From positions 18,407 through 82,406 of the forward strand of contig CAYXDE010000003.1 in assembly GCA_964463525.1 (NCBI GenBank): a DNA stretch of 64,000 nucleotides, written 5' to 3'. This document shows positions 58,440-64,000 of this stretch, piece by piece (within the stretch, counting starts at the first letter, position 1; the number at the start of each line of letters is the position of its first letter). The position numbers and the translations under genes were made by a program. Below the pieces are notes generated by a model that made no database searches, had not been told where the DNA came from, and was given only the letters and a program-made list of their open reading frames with translations. This DNA comes from an uncultured Dehalococcoidia bacterium. GTDB taxonomy: Bacteria > Chloroflexota > Dehalococcoidia > Lucifugimonadales > UBA3495.

Positions 58440-58987
58440 GTCTCGCCGACCCAAGATCTGGCGAGCTGGTCACCCTGCCGGACCATCTACGAGAGGGCCT
58501 GGAGATTTTGTTCGTTGGTCTGAACCCTTCGCAGTATTCAGCTGAGGTTGGTCATTATTTCGCGAATCCCCGCAACCGGTTCTGGGCCGCTTTCAACCTG
58601 TCGGGGCTGGTGGCCAGGCAGGTAACGGCTGACGAAGACGCTGGTCTGTTGGACGACGGAATCGGGTTCACCGACGTTGCCAAGCGGCCTACGTCCATGG
58701 GCTCAGGACTCCGGGCTGCCGACTTTCGCCTATGGGCCCCGGTCCTCAAAGAAAAGATCATCAAGTTCGCACCGAGGCTGGTCTGTTTCCACGGGTTGAT
58801 GGCCTACAAGGCGTACTTGCAGCACGGCGAGGGCTTGAAAGAGAAACCTGAACTGGGCATGCAGGAGCGGAAGATAGGCGTGTCCGCCGTATTTGTCGTG
58901 CCCAACCCCAGCCCGGCCAACGCCAAGTACTCCCTGCAAGACCTGGCTGAGTGGTACAGGCGGCTGAGAGAGGCCAGTCAGCGGTGA
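58436..58987 (+). CDS. mug: G/U mismatch-specific DNA glycosylase (Mug family)
   Basis: ILFVGLNPSQYSAEVGHYFANPRNRFW and VVPNPSPAN. Its ATG overlaps the upstream stop (ATGA). Confidence 0.85.
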   Translation: MSLADPRSGELVTLPDHLREGLEILFVGLNPSQYSAEVGHYFANPRNRFWAAFNLSGLVARQVTADEDAGLLDDGIGFTDVAKRPTSMGSGLRAADFRLWAPVLKEKIIKFAPRLVCFHGLMAYKAYLQHGEGLKEKPELGMQERKIGVSAVFVVPNPSPANAKYSLQDLAEWYRRLREASQR

Positions 58988-58989
58988 CC

Positions 58990-59583
58990 ATGCAAGGCCA
59001 GAAGAAAGTCCGTTCGTTCATAGCCATCCCGGTCCCGGATGAAGGGATTCGGGCATTGGAAGAGATAGTCGAAGGATTGGAACCGGAGATCGGCAGGCAC
59101 GTTCGATGGGTGCGGCCCGAGGGTATACACCTAACCCTCAAGTTCATGGGTGATATAGAGGTTGCAACGGCCGGGAAGATACTCGAAAACCTGCCGCCAG
59201 TCACCGCCAGTTTCAGCCCCTTTGGGCTTGCCATCCACGGACTCGGCGTCTTCCCCAACTCACGGCGTCCCAGAGTGCTGTGGGCGGGGCTTGATGGTGA
59301 TCTGGAGACCCTTTCGGCTCTCCAACTGGCGGTGGACGACGCGGTTGGCGAACTGGGGCTGCCCAAAGAAGAGCGTGCCTTCTCACCCCATCTGACCTTG
59401 GGCCGGGTCCGGCGGGAGGTGACCGAGGGGCAGTTGCGGAAGATCGGCGAGGTCATGTCTTCAATCGCACCGCCCGCCGCCGTGGGGTGGACGGCAGACA
59501 CGGTCAACCTGATGCGGACCGAGCTTGATCCGGCAGGCTCCCGGCACTACCTGGTTGGCTCCGCGTCTCTAGGCGGTGGGTGA
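58990..59583 (+). CDS. thpR: RNA 2',3'-cyclic phosphodiesterase (2H phosphoesterase, LigT/ThpR)
   Basis: Start trimmed to ATG 58990 (MQGQKKVRSFIAIPVP). Two HxT motifs (HLTLKF, HLTLGR). Confidence 0.85.
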   Translation: MQGQKKVRSFIAIPVPDEGIRALEEIVEGLEPEIGRHVRWVRPEGIHLTLKFMGDIEVATAGKILENLPPVTASFSPFGLAIHGLGVFPNSRRPRVLWAGLDGDLETLSALQLAVDDAVGELGLPKEERAFSPHLTLGRVRREVTEGQLRKIGEVMSSIAPPAAVGWTADTVNLMRTELDPAGSRHYLVGSASLGGG

Positions 59584-60500
59584 TGGACCGAGTGAGCGCC
59601 ACCATCCAGCCTGTTGCGCCCTTCGATTTCGAGCTGACGGCCGGCTATCACACCTATTTCCAGAGCCGGTACGGCACCGACACCATGGAGGATGGCGTCT
59701 ACCGCAGGCTATTGGACCTGGGAGGAAAGCTTGTTCTAGCCTCGGTGCGGTCTTCCGGCACGGTTGATGCCCCGGAGCTGGCCGTGGAGCTACAAGGCCC
59801 GGACCTAGGCCCCGATGTCGTTGACCTTGCCAAGTCTAGAGTGTCCTGGCTATTGGGCGTAGACCAGGACCTTTCGCCGTTCTACAGTCTGGGCAGGGCC
59901 GACAAGGCCATGGCCGGTCTGGTGGAGCAGTTCTATGGCTTACATCTGCCGCACACGGCCTCTGCGTTTGAAGCGTTGGTGTTGGCGGTGCTGGGACAGC
60001 AGATATCCACCAGCGTGGCCCGCGTCATCAGAACTCTCCTCATCGAAACGTTCGGCCCCAGCGCCGAGTTCGACGGCGAGACCTACTACGCATTCCCCAG
60101 GCCAGAGGCGATCTGGGCGTCATCGCCGGCCGAACTTCACACCATGAAGCTGACCCAGCGGAAGTCTGAGTACGTTCACGGCCTGGCCGGTTCGACCCTG
60201 GACACTTCCGTTGGTCTGGAGAAACTGGGAGACCTGACCGACGTGGAGATCGTCGACAAGTTGGTGGCCCTGCGCGGCGTTGGAATCTGGACCGCCCAGT
60301 GGGTGCTGATCCGGGCCGTGGGCCGGCCCGACGCCCTGCCCTTGGGCGACCTGGCTCTGCGGCGTATCGTCTCGCGTCTGTTCACCAACGGCGACGACGT
60401 GACCGACGCTCAGGTAGAGGATATCGCCCAAAGATGGTCCCCTTACCGCACCTTTGCCACCGTCTATCTGTTCAGCGCTTTGAGGACTGGGGCAGGATGA
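59583..60500 (+). CDS. DNA-3-methyladenine glycosylase II family (AlkA-like, HhH-GPD)
   Basis: HhH-GPD region LRGVGIWTAQWVLIRAVGRPDALPLGDLAL. The start is ATG 59583 or GTG 59580, overlapping the thpR stop. Confidence 0.8.
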   Translation: MDRVSATIQPVAPFDFELTAGYHTYFQSRYGTDTMEDGVYRRLLDLGGKLVLASVRSSGTVDAPELAVELQGPDLGPDVVDLAKSRVSWLLGVDQDLSPFYSLGRADKAMAGLVEQFYGLHLPHTASAFEALVLAVLGQQISTSVARVIRTLLIETFGPSAEFDGETYYAFPRPEAIWASSPAELHTMKLTQRKSEYVHGLAGSTLDTSVGLEKLGDLTDVEIVDKLVALRGVGIWTAQWVLIRAVGRPDALPLGDLALRRIVSRLFTNGDDVTDAQVEDIAQRWSPYRTFATVYLFSALRTGAG

Positions 60501-60531
60501 TCGAAATCGCGAGTAACTTGAGGAGCGCAAC

Positions 60532-61524
60532 ATGCCGTTTCTAGGGCTCAGACTAGGCAACGAGACCCATATGAGCACGCCCGACATCCAGGCCCTGGGT
60601 AGATCGGCTGAGGACCTGGGCTACGGAGAGGTCTGGATGACCGAGGGTTCCGGCCGGGACTCGCTGACCCAACTCACCGCCATAGGCGCCGCCACCAACA
60701 GCATCGGTCTTGCCACGGGAATATTGCCCATGTTCTCTAGAACCCCTCTGATCACGGCCATGTCTTCTGCTGGACTGGCCGCCGCTTCCGGTGGGCGTTT
60801 CATCCTGGGTCTAGGTGTGGGCAACCGCCCCGCCACCGAAGACGGACACGGTGTAGCCTACAGCCAGCCCATGGAACACCTTTCAGATATGGTCCATATC
60901 GTGCGTGGCCTGCTGCAGGGCGAAGAGGTTAGCCATCATGGCAAGGCGATAACCGTGAACCGGGCGGTATTGGGCGACGCCAAGCCTGAAGGCAAGGTCC
61001 CCATCTACATCGCTGCTTTGGGTCCCCGCATGTTGCAGCTGGCCGGGGCGATCGCCGACGGCGTATTGTTGAGCTGGACCGCCGCCAGCTACTTGGAACA
61101 AGCCATCCAACTGGTGCGGGACGGCGCGGCCAGAGCAGGCCGTGACCCGTCCGAGGTGGCGATATCGGGCTATCTACGCGTTGCCGTCACCGACGACCTG
61201 GAGGCGGGCCGGGCGAGCCTTCAACGGGAGATCGCCAGATACGCCGGTGGCTCCCACTATCAGTCGTTCTTCCGGAATACAGGGTTCGACGTGGAGATGA
61301 CCGGAGCCCAGGCGGCCAGGGACCATGCTGATAACCCGGCCACGGCGGCTGCGATAGGCGAGAATATGCAATCCGAGTTGGGCGTGGTCGGCCCTGCGGA
61401 TGTCTGCCGGGCGCGGATCGAGCAACTGCGGGAGATGGGCCTGGCCAAACCGGTGATCGCCCCGCTGACCGTGGGAGACATGAAGGAATCCTACGAGCGG
61501 ACCATCAAAGCCCTGGCCCCCTAG
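60532..61524 (+). CDS. LLM-class F420-dependent oxidoreductase
   Basis: GAGGAG SD. GYGEVWMTEG, GLATGILPMFSRTP and GRFILGLGVG. Confidence 0.85.
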   Translation: MPFLGLRLGNETHMSTPDIQALGRSAEDLGYGEVWMTEGSGRDSLTQLTAIGAATNSIGLATGILPMFSRTPLITAMSSAGLAAASGGRFILGLGVGNRPATEDGHGVAYSQPMEHLSDMVHIVRGLLQGEEVSHHGKAITVNRAVLGDAKPEGKVPIYIAALGPRMLQLAGAIADGVLLSWTAASYLEQAIQLVRDGAARAGRDPSEVAISGYLRVAVTDDLEAGRASLQREIARYAGGSHYQSFFRNTGFDVEMTGAQAARDHADNPATAAAIGENMQSELGVVGPADVCRARIEQLREMGLAKPVIAPLTVGDMKESYERTIKALAP

Positions 61525-61565
61525 CAAATCAGAGATCAGAATTCAGAAATCGGTTCGAGGGAAGT

Positions 61566-63011
61566 ATGTCCTCTGTCTTAGTCTTCGTTTTCGACGGTCT
61601 TCAGCCGGCCCAGGTCAATCCACGGTTGATGCCGAACCTTGCTGCCTTTGCGGCTGGTGGGGTGACCTTTGCCAACCATCATGCGGTATTTCCGTCGGTC
61701 ACCCGTGTGAACTGCTCCAGCATGGTCACCGGTATGGACCCGGGAGGACACGGCCTGGCCGGGAACAGGCTCCTGATCAGAGATTTCGACCCGGACAACG
61801 CCATGGGAGCCATGGAACCCGAGTTGGCCAAGGTTGCCAGCGCCGGAGTGCCAGTGCTGCTGGCGCCAACTCTGGCCGAGATTCTGGAACGTCACGGCAA
61901 AGAATATGTGGCCATCGGCGTCGGCACCAGCGGAAACGCGTATCTCCATAATCCAACTGCCGAAGATTCAGGCGGCGCGACCATCCACCCAACCTTCGCC
62001 CTGCCTGGAGACCTTCACGAATCGTTGATCGACCGGTTCGGCCCGTGGCCGGAAGAGCGCGTGCCCAACACGTCCAGATTGGCCCATGCAACTCGGATCA
62101 TGACTGAGTACGTGCTCCCCGAACGAGACCCGGCCGTGGCGCTGATCTGGTCGTCGGAGCCGGACAAAGCCCAGCATGCTGCCGGGGTTGGTTCCAGCCT
62201 CTCCGACACCGCCATCAAAGAGGCGGACGGGCAGTTTGGCGATGTGCTGCGCTGGCTGCAAGAAACTGGCCGGGCCGCAGAGACAGACGTTATCGTTGCG
62301 TCCGACCACGGTTACTCGACCATCTCCGGTAACGTCAGCGTTGAATCCTTGGTGAGGGAAGCAGGCTTTTCGCTGGGAGGAGAGCCGGGCGGGGTGGTTG
62401 TTGCCCAGAACGGCGGCGCAGCCCTCTTTTACACTCCTCCAGGTGACTTGGAAACTGCCCAGCGCTTAGCTGAATGGCTCATGGCCCAGCCATGGTGCGG
62501 CACCGTTACAGCTTCGGATTCTGTCGCAGGTATCCCTGGGACTCTGCCAGCCTCATTGGTGGGCAACCAGGGCCCGCGTGCTCCCGAATTGACAGTCTCG
62601 TTCCGCTGGGATTCCGCGGCCAACGAAGCCGGGTATGCGGGCACGGCGTACGCAACCTACGGAGAGCCGGGTACGGGCCAACACGGGTCTATGAGCCGGC
62701 ATGAGATGAACAACATCTTATTCGCGGGCGGCCCCAGCTTCAGATCGAAACTCGAACTGGAGATTCCGTCAGGAAATCTGGACTTGGCGCCCACCATCCT
62801 CAGGATCCTGGGCATCTCAGGCGGTCCGGACATGCACGGGAGGGTCCTGGAAGAAGCCTTGGCCGACGGGCCTGAGGCTGCCGGTGTGGACTGGTCCACC
62901 GGATCACATCACGCCGAGGTTCATCTGGGCAGCGGGCGCTACCGGCAACAGATAAAGATATCCACGGTGGGCGCGACATCATACGTCGATGAGGGCAACC
63001 GGGAGACGTGA
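61566..63011 (+). CDS. alkaline-phosphatase-superfamily protein (nucleotide pyrophosphatase/phosphodiesterase-like)
   Basis: N-terminus VLVFVFDGLQP, FPSVTRVN (Thr nucleophile region) and VASDHGY. Confidence 0.75.
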   Translation: MSSVLVFVFDGLQPAQVNPRLMPNLAAFAAGGVTFANHHAVFPSVTRVNCSSMVTGMDPGGHGLAGNRLLIRDFDPDNAMGAMEPELAKVASAGVPVLLAPTLAEILERHGKEYVAIGVGTSGNAYLHNPTAEDSGGATIHPTFALPGDLHESLIDRFGPWPEERVPNTSRLAHATRIMTEYVLPERDPAVALIWSSEPDKAQHAAGVGSSLSDTAIKEADGQFGDVLRWLQETGRAAETDVIVASDHGYSTISGNVSVESLVREAGFSLGGEPGGVVVAQNGGAALFYTPPGDLETAQRLAEWLMAQPWCGTVTASDSVAGIPGTLPASLVGNQGPRAPELTVSFRWDSAANEAGYAGTAYATYGEPGTGQHGSMSRHEMNNILFAGGPSFRSKLELEIPSGNLDLAPTILRILGISGGPDMHGRVLEEALADGPEAAGVDWSTGSHHAEVHLGSGRYRQQIKISTVGATSYVDEGNRET

Positions 63012-63187
63012 TTTTGGAGTAGATCTCGTACCAACCGGGTTGTGTATGAATCCGGTAAGAATCCGCAAATTCCGGTAAATCCACCACCAATTAGCCTTGC
63101 TATTCTGATATGATTGCCGTCGCTTAAACCCACTCTGTCACTGCTTTTTGCCAAGCATAATCCAGAGGAAACTCTGTGGCTATACGA

Positions 63188-64000
63188 ATGGATCAAGGAC
63201 TCACCGAGCTTCTTGACCAGCTAAATACATCTGTCCGTGCCTGTTGGACAACGCTATGGGTCCACGACCCCGGCGGTGAAAGATTGGTCCTCTCCGCCTC
63301 AGCCGGCGTCGAACAGCAAGATCCCCCCGAACAACTGACCGGTTCGGACGATCCCGCTGCGGTAGCATTCCGCTCGGGCGAAACGGTGTTCATAGGCGGC
63401 TCTTCGACTCTCCCACCCAACATCCACAAGGGTAAAGACACGGTAACCGGGTCTTCGATGCACATCCCGGTGAGACACCAGGAACGGGTATTGGGCGTCC
63501 TCTCCATCGGGACTGAAAACGCCGGCGCCTTCAGTCCGGAAGCTGCCTCTATCCTGACTGCCTATCTCCAAGCATTGGGCGCTTGGCTCGGAAGCCAGGT
63601 TATTCTTGACAGCGAGCACGCCGAACTCGCCGCAGAGATAGTCGGGCGGAAAGCTGCGGAGAGCGATCTGCGCCACAGCGAATCATTGGTCAGCGCTTTG
63701 ATCGCCCAATCTCCCCACATGGTCTTCATCAGCCGGTTGGACGATTTCCACTTCGTGGACGTGAATGACCGGGCATGCCAGTACTACGGCTACTCTCGTG
63801 AAGAATTTCTAGAGATGGAGATTTTTGACATCGAGATCGAGCCTCCGTTGCGGGAGCGAGTCAGGGCTTTATACGACAGCACTCCCATAGGCGAAGAAGT
63901 CGAGGTTTACGGCACCAACAAAAAGAAAGATGGGACCACCTTTCCTGTTCACGTCCGATTCGGGAAGCTCAACGACGAGCTAGCCGTCGCCAACGTCCGC
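63188..64000 (+). CDS. GAF-PAS sensor protein, 5' part (open at the right edge)
   Basis: Not in the ORF track because there is no stop in the window. My hand translation from ATG 63188 gives 271 codons with no stop. GAF-like region (HIPVRHQERVLGVLSIG) followed by PAS (FVDVNDRACQYYGYSREEFLEMEIFDI...KKDGTTFPVHV). Confidence 0.7.
   Translation, partial: MDQGLTELLDQLNTSVRACWTTLWVHDPGGERLVLSASAGVEQQDPPEQLTGSDDPAAVAFRSGETVFIGGSSTLPPNIHKGKDTVTGSSMHIPVRHQERVLGVLSIGTENAGAFSPEAASILTAYLQALGAWLGSQVILDSEHAELAAEIVGRKAAESDLRHSESLVSALIAQSPHMVFISRLDDFHFVDVNDRACQYYGYSREEFLEMEIFDIEIEPPLRERVRALYDSTPIGEEVEVYGTNKKKDGTTFPVHVRFGKLNDELAVANVR

Overview
This is a GC-rich bacterial chromosomal segment with a few visibly lower-GC islands. 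I count about 57 CDS and one tRNA-Pro(CGG). I see no rRNA, CRISPR array, transposase, integrase or phage genes. The gene content is that of a heterotroph that degrades aromatic and recalcitrant organic matter. It includes a benzoate-CoA ligase-boxB-boxC cluster, a PaaK-like ligase with an enoyl-CoA hydratase, and a LigB-type extradiol dioxygenase followed by two alpha/beta hydrolases. It also includes a dienelactone hydrolase, four luciferase-like (LLM/F420-type) oxidoreductase paralogs, a split ComDE-like ThDP decarboxylase and a family-5 ABC importer. Housekeeping genes are tldD/pmbA, ggt, mfd, proBA and a mug-thpR-alkA repair block. The flavour is Chloroflexota/SAR202-like, but that is inference only.

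The strongest finding is that two gene pairs shown as split ORFs in the six-frame track are each a single reading frame interrupted by one in-frame TGA. In each case the TGA sits at a redox-Cys position and is followed by a hairpin with a GUA apex. I read these as selenoproteins.
- One is an OsmC/Ohr-like protein at 24196..24705.
- The other is a U-G-S-C-motif protein at 40229..40777. It lies in a same-strand cluster between a ThDP enzyme and a Cys-rich 343-aa protein of unknown function, which is my best candidate for an undescribed system.

Other notable items:
- a 1384-aa five-GAF hybrid histidine kinase built from 184-codon tandem modules;
- REP/MITE-like mosaic repeats that start directly after stop codons;
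- a B12-domain radical-SAM-like protein that lacks the CxxxCxxC motif, next to a MetE-like methyltransferase;
- a 12-bp phased GTTTCA array upstream of an orphan permease.

All functional calls come from motif recognition by eye. No database search was run.
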